64,000 nucleotides of DNA, taken from positions 1,408,001 through 1,472,000 of the forward strand of contig CAXXNF010000002.1 in NCBI GenBank assembly GCA_963666365.2, written 5' to 3'. This stretch comes from Syntrophales bacterium. GTDB lineage: Bacteria > Desulfobacterota > Syntrophia > Syntrophales > UBA2210. The stretch's first letter is position 1, and every line of letters starts with the position of its first letter. Below are positions 10,340 to 21,057 of the stretch, piece by piece. Under the pieces are notes generated by a model that had not been told where the DNA came from, made no database searches, and was given only the letters and a program-made list of their open reading frames with translations. The translations under genes were made by a program, and so were the position numbers.

Positions 10340-12151
10340 TCACCGGCCCAATTCGACGTTCACTGCACTGCAAAGTTTCTCAGGACCACAGGGCTTGCCT
10401 ATATAACATTCTGCGTCTGGCCGCTGAACCTCTCGGCAGGGCACATACACACTAATTGTTGTTCCACTGCCCAAAGGGCTTTCAATATCGATATACCCGT
10501 GGTGATCCTTCACTGTAGCCCACACAATGGCCATACCCAGACCCGTGCCGCTTCTGCCCATTTTCTTTTTGGTGAAGAAGGGCTCAAAGATTCTCTCTCT
10601 GTCTTCGGCGGCAATACCTACGCCGGTATCGGACACGGTGAGCACCGCATAGCTGCCCTTTTTTATATCCTCAAATCGTCTCTCAGACTCGCTCAGTCTG
10701 ATATGTTTCGTCGCAATCACTACCGTTCCCGCATCACATATAGATTCCACTGCGTTGAAAACGAGGTTCATAACCACCTTGCCGAGATGCACAGGAGAAC
10801 CGACCACCTGTGCCGCATCCTCCGAGAGGATTACATCGAGGTTCACACCGGGATGACGCGTCATCATCTCTGCGTGCTCCGGACTCTCCAGATACTCACC
10901 GATGATTTGATTAAAATTAAACACTTCCTGCACCGCAGTGCCGCACCTTGCAAGCGCCAGGAGATCCCGGGCGATGGCGGCCGCCTTTTCTCCCGACGCC
11001 TTGATCGTCATGACCGGTTTTCTCAACGGGCTCCATTCAGGAAGCTTGGCAAGCAGAAGCTCAGGATAACTGACAAGTCCGCTGAGCACATTATTGAGAT
11101 CGTGGGCCACGCCGCCCGCCAATATTCCCAAGGCCTCCATCTTTTCGGCGCGTTGCAGTTGTTCTTCCAGGTTTCTTCTCTCCTCGTCCGCCCGCTTGCG
11201 TTCCGTGAGATCACGATTGTACACGATAGACCCTACGAAGCTCCCATCTTCTCCATAGAGGGCCTTTTCTTTTCTCCACACGGAGACTGGCCTTCCGCTT
11301 TTCGCCACTAACTCTATCTCTCCTTCACAGAACCCCCGTTCCCTCAACTGGGATGATTTTTTCCTGAATACATCGGCACAACCCTCGGAAAAGAACTCCG
11401 CCGTATGCCTTCCCGTAATATCTTCGCGCCGGCGGCCGAGAAGATTCTTTTGCGCATCATTGATGTCGACAATATTCCCCCAGGCATCAAGCACCTCAAC
11501 ACCATCAGGGGCGGCCTCGAAGAGAGTCTTGTACGTTTCCTTCCGCTCAAGCGTCTCCGTAACCTCCCGTATCATGCGATAAAGATAGAAGCTTTCGATC
11601 GCATTCGCACTGTTGAGGAGAATAATGGAAAGGAGTGAAAGGCTGACCTCGGAAACTCGAGCGGTGTCATCTAAGAGGCCTATGAACATGCCTCTGGTCC
11701 TGGAGCGTGTGGAAAGGACATGAAGAATAAACTGCCCGGCTTTATTTCGCGAAGAAACCGTTACGGGACGTTTTTCACGGAGCGCCCAGGCAAATACGCC
11801 CCTTTCTATCATTGAATTGGTTTCTTCTAGGGCGTATGCGCTGAAGGTTGCCGGGGTCGTCCGGTAATGAATGAAGTCATTGTTCTCTTCATTGACCAGA
11901 TAAAAGGTCATGGCTTTGAAAGGGATAAGGCTTGATATTTTGGACTCCGTCTCATCCAGAATCAGCGATACATCCTGAAGTTTATTGATGCTTTGCTGGA
12001 AATCTCCGAGCGAGGCGGCCATCTCAAGGGCATCGGCCGTGCAGCGGTGCATATCCTCCAGATGGCGGATCCGCCGTTCAAGGTAGTGAAGTGTTGCATC
12101 ACTGTCGCCTGTTCTATTTTGGGTCGGAAAGGAAAAATGCGATAATCTCAT
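10340..12151 (-). CDS. PAS sensor histidine kinase without a receiver domain
   Basis: PAS, LAGGVAHDLNN H-box, NLVFNA N-box, DTGVG, FEPFFT, GTGLG. Confidence 0.9.
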   Translation of the reverse strand: MRLSHFSFPTQNRTGDSDATLHYLERRIRHLEDMHRCTADALEMAASLGDFQQSINKLQDVSLILDETESKISSLIPFKAMTFYLVNEENNDFIHYRTTPATFSAYALEETNSMIERGVFAWALREKRPVTVSSRNKAGQFILHVLSTRSRTRGMFIGLLDDTARVSEVSLSLLSIILLNSANAIESFYLYRMIREVTETLERKETYKTLFEAAPDGVEVLDAWGNIVDINDAQKNLLGRRREDITGRHTAEFFSEGCADVFRKKSSQLRERGFCEGEIELVAKSGRPVSVWRKEKALYGEDGSFVGSIVYNRDLTERKRADEERRNLEEQLQRAEKMEALGILAGGVAHDLNNVLSGLVSYPELLLAKLPEWSPLRKPVMTIKASGEKAAAIARDLLALARCGTAVQEVFNFNQIIGEYLESPEHAEMMTRHPGVNLDVILSEDAAQVVGSPVHLGKVVMNLVFNAVESICDAGTVVIATKHIRLSESERRFEDIKKGSYAVLTVSDTGVGIAAEDRERIFEPFFTKKKMGRSGTGLGMAIVWATVKDHHGYIDIESPLGSGTTISVYVPCREVQRPDAECYIGKPCGPEKLCSAVNVELGR

Positions 12152-13397
12152 CTAGTTGCCTGTCTATGTGTTCTATCACCGGGTGCAGGATATTCTTCGA
12201 TAGTCCCAGACTCGCCCAGGATTCGGAATCCAAAACAGGAACAAGCGTTTCACCGCTCGCCCCCACCTCTATAGTATTGGTAATTATATCAGCAAGATGC
12301 ACAATAGACGACTCAAGCCGGTTTTGTGACTTCTGAGGTTTATGATGATAGCGTATGATATTTTCCAGAAGGAACGGCAGATTCCATTTTTTCACGAGCA
12401 GGCCGCCTATCTCCCCATGATCCGTACCCAATTCTTCACGCTCCGCTTCATAGACGAAAAGTTCAGTATCCCGGGCTCTTTTGAGGGTTTTCATCATGTG
12501 GCACGGCCAATAGCTGTATAATATAAGACGGCCTATGTCATGGAGGAGACCGGCCACAAAGAGCCGTTCCGTGTTCTGTATATTTTTATAACCGGCGATC
12601 AACCGCGATGCAAGACCGCATCCGATGCTGTGTTTCCAGAACGATTCCATATCGATATATTCAAGGGGAATATGTTCGAACATCTTCATAATGCTCACGC
12701 CAAAAGCAAGCGTAGTCAGCTGTTTTGTCCCCACAATCGCCACCGCCCTGGACAGCGTGTCAATTTTGTAAGGAAACCCGTAGAAGGCACTGTTGACTAT
12801 CGTAAGCAATCGGCTGGCAAGCGCCACATCCATGCTGATGACGGAGGCGATATCATTGGCCGAACTTTTCGGATCCATGATTGTTTCGTTAATCCTGTTA
12901 AATATGGCGGGCAGTGTAGGGAGTCTGAGATCATTCTGAATAAACGCGGCAAGATCGAGCAGTTCCGGTTCTCTTTCTCCCGTCACCACGCAGCCGCACT
13001 GCCGAAGGAGTTTTTGCTCGCGGTACAGGCTGCGCTCCTGCGTGTGAGGGGCCCCATTGCGCACCCTCCTCTCTATGTAAAGTTTTTTCAACTCTTCCAC
13101 CGCCGGATGCCCCGCCTCGGTCCGTTGAAACTTGTGTACGACCCGTCCCCGGGCGGATGAGATCACTTCCGCAATGCCGCCATCGGAAAGTCCAGCAGAT
13201 TCATCGGCGGCTATCCCCTGAATATCGGCTTCGACAATACCCCAGACCTTAAGAATCCTGATGTGTTCCGGCGTCAGTACCGTACCCGAGGCAAAGAGGA
13301 ACCGACCATCATGATTTCTGACATCGGCGGCGAGCATCATGCGGGGTTCCAGATCAGCAAGCTTTACCATGCCCATAGCATTCACACCTTTATACAT
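12114..13397 (-). CDS. HDOD domain protein
   Basis: LPTLP, D..LASRLL.IVNSAFYG, FWKHS, AGLLHDIG and W.LP motifs. Confidence 0.9.
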   Translation of the reverse strand: MYKGVNAMGMVKLADLEPRMMLAADVRNHDGRFLFASGTVLTPEHIRILKVWGIVEADIQGIAADESAGLSDGGIAEVISSARGRVVHKFQRTEAGHPAVEELKKLYIERRVRNGAPHTQERSLYREQKLLRQCGCVVTGEREPELLDLAAFIQNDLRLPTLPAIFNRINETIMDPKSSANDIASVISMDVALASRLLTIVNSAFYGFPYKIDTLSRAVAIVGTKQLTTLAFGVSIMKMFEHIPLEYIDMESFWKHSIGCGLASRLIAGYKNIQNTERLFVAGLLHDIGRLILYSYWPCHMMKTLKRARDTELFVYEAEREELGTDHGEIGGLLVKKWNLPFLLENIIRYHHKPQKSQNRLESSIVHLADIITNTIEVGASGETLVPVLDSESWASLGLSKNILHPVIEHIDRQLDEIIAFFLSDPK

Positions 13398-13474
13398 AAA
13401 TTAGCATTTTATAACAGGCACATAACGGGGAACCACCCATTCCTGCCTTCAAATCGACTTTCATGCTGTACTAT

Positions 13475-13502
13475 TAATCGTCAATCGCCCCCTTAAACTT
13501 GA
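13475..13502 (-). promoter_or_regulatory. Possible sigma28 promoter for the HDOD-kinase pair
   Basis: Minus strand TCAA-N16-GACGATTA. Confidence 0.45.
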
Positions 13503-13598
13503 GTACATTTTGCACTTTTCCGACCCTTGCCTTATGCGGTTCAATGTATTATGGTGGAGTGCATGCAACACGCATCTTTACCGGAAGAAGGATCGTTA

Positions 13599-13988
13599 AT
13601 GAAAGGCGTCATTCTGGTTGTCGATGATGAGTGGTCGATACGCAGCCTCTTTGAAGAAGTGCTCATGGACGCAGGGTACCGGGTGCGTGGGTCTGAAAAT
13701 GCTGAGGAGGCGCTGCGCACGCTTCAAGAAGAAAATATCAATGTAATCTTTCTCGACTTAAAGTTATTCGGGATGAACGGCATTGAACTTTGCAAACGAA
13801 TCAGGGGCCAAAGCCCCCTGGCGATTATTTATGCAATAACGGGCTGGGCCGGTCTTTTTGAGATAGAAGAGTGCCGTGAGGCAGGATTTGATGACTTTTT
13901 CAGAAAACCCATCGGCGCGGAAACAATCACAAAGGCAGTTGAAGAGGCCTTTGAAAAGATTGAACGGTGGACAACCCGGCGGCGCTGA
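13599..13988 (+). CDS. Single-domain response regulator
   Basis: ILVVDDE, LDL, ITG and KP motifs; start moved to ATG 13599 after AAGGA. Confidence 0.85.
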   Translation: MKGVILVVDDEWSIRSLFEEVLMDAGYRVRGSENAEEALRTLQEENINVIFLDLKLFGMNGIELCKRIRGQSPLAIIYAITGWAGLFEIEECREAGFDDFFRKPIGAETITKAVEEAFEKIERWTTRRR

Positions 13989-14005
13989 TCAATTCTCTGT
14001 GCCAC

Positions 14006-14500
14006 TCACTCGTCTTGAATCACTTCTCTGATTTTTTCTGTAAGATATTCTATTTCGAAGGGTTTCCGTACAAAAGCGCGGCACCCCCGTCTCAGAAGTT
14101 CCGACACGTGCCCTTCCGCGCTGAACCCCGAAACAATGATGACCTTTATGGAGGGATTCATTTCCTTCAGTACGCCATAGGTTTCAAAGCCGTTCATGCC
14201 GGGCATGATTAGATCCAACAGAACCAGCGCGATATCATCCCGGCGGGCACGGTATATCTCAACAGCTTCGTTGCCGTTGCGCGCCACAAGGACCTGGTAG
14301 CCAACGGCTTCCAGTATCTCCCTGTTCACGTCGAGCACACGATCCTCATCATCGACCACAAGAATCACCTTACCGGGGGAAGCGGCGCGCAGTTTCCGGG
14401 AAAACTCGTCACCAATTCCCTCAGTGTCTTCCGATGCCTTATCCCACGACATGAAGCGCCTTTCCGATATTATTCCGCACGCTTTTTCTTTGTCCGTCAT
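14006..14500 (-). CDS. Stand-alone receiver domain of the hybrid-kinase C-terminal type
   Basis: ILVVDDE, LLDLIMPGMNG, SGFS and KPF motifs; start uncertain. Confidence 0.82.
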   Translation of the reverse strand: MTDKEKACGIISERRFMSWDKASEDTEGIGDEFSRKLRAASPGKVILVVDDEDRVLDVNREILEAVGYQVLVARNGNEAVEIYRARRDDIALVLLDLIMPGMNGFETYGVLKEMNPSIKVIIVSGFSAEGHVSELLRRGCRAFVRKPFEIEYLTEKIREVIQDE

Positions 14501-14602
14501 CCCTGTCCCTGTGCCGGTTGCAGTATCCTCCCTCCGCCCCGGCGCACATGTTCACTTTTCAGTCAAGGCCGCACCCACAAAGTCTGAAACGACAAAATAC
14601 GC

Positions 14603-15079
14603 TCAGCTCTGCGGCTTGCCCATGCACACATCGGCAAAAAAGGGTCCATAGTCGGTCTCGAAAGGAATCACGAGACTGGGCCCTCCCAGAAGATGAACGA
14701 TCGAGTGCCCTTTCCCCGTCACCACCGTGGGGAGGGCCGCCGTAAGGCTGATTCCCATCTGATCCAGCTTCTGTCGCGCCGCCCCCGATACCATGTTGGT
14801 GATTTCTCCCACTGCGTCTTTAATATCGTCATTGATAATGCTTATTTCCTCGCCAAGCATATTGGAAACGAGCTTTACAATGCAGCCTTCGCTGAAGCTG
14901 AGCGCAAACGACCCTCTCACCGAACCGGCAATGCCGATGATTCCTGAAATATCGCCCTTCGCGTAATCGCCGTTTTTCAAGAACGGCTTTCCCGCCCTCG
15001 GCTCAATAAACGCCATGGTCCTGATCACATTAATTGTTCCCTCAAGAAAGGGATTAATAAATTGAACGTCCATTTTCAC
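14603..15079 (-). CDS. cheX: Chemotaxis phosphatase CheX
   Basis: FINPF, GIIGIAG, DAVGEITNMVSG (ExxN), PTVVTG motifs. Confidence 0.92.
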   Translation of the reverse strand: MKMDVQFINPFLEGTINVIRTMAFIEPRAGKPFLKNGDYAKGDISGIIGIAGSVRGSFALSFSEGCIVKLVSNMLGEEISIINDDIKDAVGEITNMVSGAARQKLDQMGISLTAALPTVVTGKGHSIVHLLGGPSLVIPFETDYGPFFADVCMGKPQS

Positions 15080-15104
15080 CTCGATTCTCGACAGGTCTGC
15101 GGCG

Positions 15105-15488
15105 CTACTGATATTTTGCCACTATTTTCCCTATCTTCTCATTTAATACCTCCGCGGTAAAAGGCTTCACAATGTAGTTGTCAACGCCGGCTTTCACTGC
15201 CTCCACCACATTCTCTTTTAGTGATTCCGCGGTCACCATGAGAAAAGGCGTTTTAGAAAGACTTTCATCGGCCCGGACTTCTCTTAGGAGTTCAATTCCC
15301 GTCATATTCGGCATATTCCAGTCGGATATTACAAATTCAATCTTCTGGCTCCTGAGTTCCGCAAGGGCCATGACGCCATCTTCAGCCTCGACGATGTTCT
15401 CGTACCCTATCTGTTTAAGAAGATTTCTGATAACCTTCCGCATGGTGGCAAAATCATCCACAATTAAAATTTTGCTGTCTTTGTTCAT
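15105..15488 (-). CDS. cheY: Chemotaxis response regulator CheY
   Basis: VDDFATMRK, SDWNMPNMTG, MVTAE and YIVKPFT motifs. Confidence 0.95.
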   Translation of the reverse strand: MNKDSKILIVDDFATMRKVIRNLLKQIGYENIVEAEDGVMALAELRSQKIEFVISDWNMPNMTGIELLREVRADESLSKTPFLMVTAESLKENVVEAVKAGVDNYIVKPFTAEVLNEKIGKIVAKYQ

Positions 15489-15527
15489 ACCAATCTCCTG
15501 ACAACCAATTAGTGTACATTAAAAAAT

Positions 15528-17741
15528 TTACAGTGCCTGTTTCTCACTCAATTCAAAAAGGCCTTCTGGATCAACGATGAGTCCCACATTGCCGTCACCC
15601 AGAATTGCCCCGCCGGACATGCCCCTGATATTTTTGAAATCTCCGCCTAGCGACTTGATGACCACCTCGCCCTTTTCAAGCACCTCATCGACGAGCACGC
15701 ATTTTGAACGGTTACCCGCTTCCACCACCACCACGAGTGCATCCCAGGGATCCTGAAACTGCGGGGTAACCCTGAACACGTCATACAGTCTCAGAAGAGG
15801 AAGAAGATCCCCCATGACATTGAGCATTTCCCCCTTCCCCACTACCTGCGTGTAGCTTTCCCGATCAGGCCTAAGGAGACGCCTGATGGCCGTGGTCGGG
15901 ATAATATATTTCTCGCTTCCCACCCTTACAATCATGCCGTCGATTATCGCCATTGTCAGGGGAAAGAGCGTCGCAAAGGTCGTCCCTTCGCCTTCAACAC
16001 TTTTAATCTCAATTTTACCCCGCAGTTTATCCACAGTCTGCTTTACCACATCCATGCCGACCCCACGCCCCGAAACATCCGTCACCGACGCGGCAGTAGA
16101 AAAACCCGGAAGGAAGAGAAGTCGATACACCTCCTGGTCCGAAAGAACATCGGCTTCGCCGACAAGGCCCTTTTCACGCGCCTTCTTGAGAATTTTCGAG
16201 GTGCTCAGTCCTCCACCGTCGTCCGATATCTCAATGACAATGCTCCCACCCTTGTGGTAGGCTTTCAGCTGGACAAGCCCCTTTTCCGCCTTACCCCGCT
16301 TTAGACGCGCTTCTTTTGACTCCAGTCCGTGATCAACGGCATTTCTCACCATATGGACAAGGGGATTGTAAATCTCTTCCACCATCTTGCGATCGATCTC
16401 CGTGTCTTCTCCCACCATCTCAACGGACACATCTTTCCCGGCATTCCTCGCCAGGTCTCTCACCAGGCGGGCCATCCGCTGGAAGGTCTGCTTGATCGGC
16501 ACCATTCTCAAGCTTGTCGATGTCCTCTGCAGTTCCGAAGTAATGCTCGAAAGCTGCGATATATCACCCATGAGCTTTCTGTCCTCGCTTTTCTGCGTCA
16601 TAAGATTCTGCTTTATCATAGACTGTGTGATCACCAGTTCGCCGATCATGTCGACAAAATCGTCAAGTTTTTTCACATCGACGCGAATTGTATTGGTATC
16701 GGTAACCTGCCGCGTCTGCTTGCGCAGGGCCTGCAATACCTGCTTGGACTTGACCTTCCCTTCCTCGATGAGCGTTTCACCGATTTTCTTTGACGTATCA
16801 CTCCTTTTCTGAAGGCTTTCCTCCAGAACTTCTTCGGTTATAACCCCGTCTTCCACCAGTATGGCGCCGAGCTTCTTGATACTTCTCTCCTCCTCGGGGG
16901 GTTCATCGTCGACGGTGGCAATCCTCTCCCTCAACCCGGACATATCCGGGATATAGGGGTGTGTGCGGTTGCCCTCCATCACGTCATTGAGACTTCCTAT
17001 CATTTCCTTGAGCACATCGGCGCCCTCAAGGACAATGTCAATGAGTTTTGAATCAACATTCAGTTCGCTGCTTCGGGCCCGGTCGAGCAGATTTTCCAGA
17101 TCGTGGGCAATGTCGCGTATTTCTTTCAGATCAAGAAAACTTGCCACTCCCTTTATCGAGTGAAAGGGACGGAACACTGCGTTGATATACTCTTTATCTT
17201 CCGGGTTTTGTTCAAGATTGAGAATATTGATCTCGATTTCGCCTATGTATTCGAGCCCCTCAACAATGAAATCCCGCAGCAGCGATTCATCCTGTACTTT
17301 AAACCCTTCCTCTTCGGCGGGCTGTTCATCCCGGGGAGCAACCACTTTCTTTTCCTCCTTGTCTTCCGGCAGTCCGCTTTCTCCGTCTGAGACACCCATG
17401 ACCAGTGAGAGTGATCCCATTAATTTGTCAATGGGGACGCCGCAGGAACCGTTCCTGGTCAAGTTTTCCGCCATTTGCTGCATCGCGGCAATTCCCTTTT
17501 CGCACACTGCATATCCGGCGCCGTGATCAACGCTTTCGAGCACCATCTTTTCAAGCAGGGCATTTATCCCCTTTGCCACACGCACCAGATCATCCATTGC
17601 AGGATCCTTTGCTTCTGCAATGATTTCCTCCAGTGAATTGAGCAGTTTGCCTGCTGCAGGCACATCAATGCTCTGTTCGTCGAGAATAAGAAAATCCGAA
17701 GTCAATTTATTAATAAGATTGGCAACGCGTTCATAATCCAT
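15528..17741 (-). CDS. cheA: Chemotaxis histidine kinase CheA
   Basis: Hpt FRPFHSIKG, HMVRNAVDHGLE, DDGGG, DVSGRGVGMD, C-terminal CheW domain. Confidence 0.97.
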   Translation of the reverse strand: MDYERVANLINKLTSDFLILDEQSIDVPAAGKLLNSLEEIIAEAKDPAMDDLVRVAKGINALLEKMVLESVDHGAGYAVCEKGIAAMQQMAENLTRNGSCGVPIDKLMGSLSLVMGVSDGESGLPEDKEEKKVVAPRDEQPAEEEGFKVQDESLLRDFIVEGLEYIGEIEINILNLEQNPEDKEYINAVFRPFHSIKGVASFLDLKEIRDIAHDLENLLDRARSSELNVDSKLIDIVLEGADVLKEMIGSLNDVMEGNRTHPYIPDMSGLRERIATVDDEPPEEERSIKKLGAILVEDGVITEEVLEESLQKRSDTSKKIGETLIEEGKVKSKQVLQALRKQTRQVTDTNTIRVDVKKLDDFVDMIGELVITQSMIKQNLMTQKSEDRKLMGDISQLSSITSELQRTSTSLRMVPIKQTFQRMARLVRDLARNAGKDVSVEMVGEDTEIDRKMVEEIYNPLVHMVRNAVDHGLESKEARLKRGKAEKGLVQLKAYHKGGSIVIEISDDGGGLSTSKILKKAREKGLVGEADVLSDQEVYRLLFLPGFSTAASVTDVSGRGVGMDVVKQTVDKLRGKIEIKSVEGEGTTFATLFPLTMAIIDGMIVRVGSEKYIIPTTAIRRLLRPDRESYTQVVGKGEMLNVMGDLLPLLRLYDVFRVTPQFQDPWDALVVVVEAGNRSKCVLVDEVLEKGEVVIKSLGGDFKNIRGMSGGAILGDGNVGLIVDPEGLFELSEKQAL

Positions 17742-17743
17742 AG

Positions 17744-19230
<1,487 letters not shown>

Positions 19231-19646
19231 CCTCCTCCATTCCCAGCACTTGATAGAGCATCTGCCGGCAATCCTCAGGCAGGAAGGGCTTTTTCAGAAA
19301 CCCTCCCGCACCTTTTTCAAAGGCTTCGTGAATGCGTTCTTGATTGCCTTCAGTGGAAACAATCACCACCGGTATCGCCCTGAGCAAAGCGTCGGCTTTC
19401 ATTTGGCACAGCATCTGGATTCCGTTCATTTCGGGCATATTGATATCGGAAATAACTAAATCCACCCAGTGTTCCGACAAGAGGGCAAGCGCTTCTTTAC
19501 CGCTTCCCGCCTCGAAGCAATTGTCCATTTCAAAGCCCGACATGGAAACCACTTTTTTGATCACTGACCTCATGGAACGGGAATCATCAACAATCAATAC
19601 ATTAAATGACATGGCCCAACCCCGCGACGTACATGTGTTACTCCCT

Positions 19647-20129
19647 TTAAATTATCTTTTCATACCCTTTTGCGTTCGACACACAGGTGGTCCCGGTTGC
19701 AATATCGAGGCGAACGGTCCGGTTGAAATCGCCCCCTGTGTCTTCGCCGTCAACAAATACATTATTCTTCCAGAATATCTTTCGTATTGCCGTAATGTTT
19801 TTATGTCCGATCTGAAATCGGTTATCTTTATCGAGTATATTGGCGCCGCCCACAACCTTGACGGACATCCGTTTTTTTTCCGCCCCGAGTTTGTAGCAAC
19901 TCTTGAACAGAAGCGGTATGCCTGTGTCGGCAAACATGGCCGGCCGCATCATGGCCTTTTTTTTATCGATCGATGAATCGGCAAGCATAAAGTGCAGCAA
20001 TCCACCGACCTTTGCATGGGCATCGAACACAGCAACGGCAATACAGGAACCGAGGGCGTAGGTAACAAGCAGATCCTCGATATTACCGCTTACTTTAAAA
20101 TCAGCAACTCCTACAATAATCTGTGCCAT
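19647..20129 (-). CDS. cheD: Chemoreceptor deamidase CheD
   Basis: TYALGSCIAV, HFML, FADTG and EDTGG motifs. Confidence 0.95.
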   Translation of the reverse strand: MAQIIVGVADFKVSGNIEDLLVTYALGSCIAVAVFDAHAKVGGLLHFMLADSSIDKKKAMMRPAMFADTGIPLLFKSCYKLGAEKKRMSVKVVGGANILDKDNRFQIGHKNITAIRKIFWKNNVFVDGEDTGGDFNRTVRLDIATGTTCVSNAKGYEKII

Positions 20130-20134
20130 ATGTT

Positions 20135-20986
20135 CTATTTCCGATATACGCTTGGTTCGATATATCTGAAGCGATGGGCCAGCCCCGTCAAGCTTTCCGA
20201 ATGCCCCACAAAAAGATGTCCCCCATCCTTAAGACAGTCATAGAACCTGTCGATGAGCACCCGCTGTGTTTCTTTGTCAAAGTAGATCATCACGTTACGA
20301 CAGAAAATAATGTCAAACCCCTCGTTGAAGGAGATCGGATCTTTAAGATTAAATCTGGCAAAATGAATCATCTGCCTCAGGACATCCTTGACGCGATACT
20401 GCCCCTTCCACTTCCCCGTGCCCTGCTGAAAATATTTGCGAAGCATAGCCTGGGGAATCCGGGCAGTGCCTTTCTCCTGATACACGCCGGCAATGGCCTG
20501 TTTCAATACCTTTGTGGAAATATCCGTTGCCAGAATTTTCACTTCCCATCGCCGCCCTTCCAGCACATCATGAAGCACCATTGCCATTGTATAGGGTTCC
20601 TCCCCCGTGGAACACCCGGCGCTCCACAGTTTCATTTTCATTGCCCCCTGGAGAGGCGGCCCGGCCTTCGCCATGGCCGCCGCAATTTCCCGGAGCGCCT
20701 GAAAATGAGCCTCTTCCCTGAAAAAACTGGTGAGGTTCGTGGAAAGCGAATCAATCATCGCGGTCAGTTCTTCCGTACCCTCCTGCGTCGTCACATGCTT
20801 CAGGTAATGGGCAAAAGAGGTGAAATTACCCTCTTTCAGCCTCTTGTTGAGACGGGCCTTTACCAGCTCTCTTTTCCCGTCATGCAGGTTGATACCGCAC
20901 AGGTCGTACACAAAGCGGCTGATTTTCTCAAAATCCGCATCGCGAAGCTCGTAACTCTTAGCCAGTGTAGTGCTCAGGTCCATCAT
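20135..20986 (-). CDS. cheR: Chemotaxis methyltransferase CheR
   Basis: TN.TSFFRE..HF, WSAGCSTGEEPY and IFCRNVMIYFD motifs. Confidence 0.97.
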   Translation of the reverse strand: MMDLSTTLAKSYELRDADFEKISRFVYDLCGINLHDGKRELVKARLNKRLKEGNFTSFAHYLKHVTTQEGTEELTAMIDSLSTNLTSFFREEAHFQALREIAAAMAKAGPPLQGAMKMKLWSAGCSTGEEPYTMAMVLHDVLEGRRWEVKILATDISTKVLKQAIAGVYQEKGTARIPQAMLRKYFQQGTGKWKGQYRVKDVLRQMIHFARFNLKDPISFNEGFDIIFCRNVMIYFDKETQRVLIDRFYDCLKDGGHLFVGHSESLTGLAHRFRYIEPSVYRK

Positions 20987-21057
20987 CCGCCTATCCTTCT
21001 CGGTCCATGTCAGGGGTCATTTGTTTCATACACGCGCCTGCCTGTGTTCAAGACATG

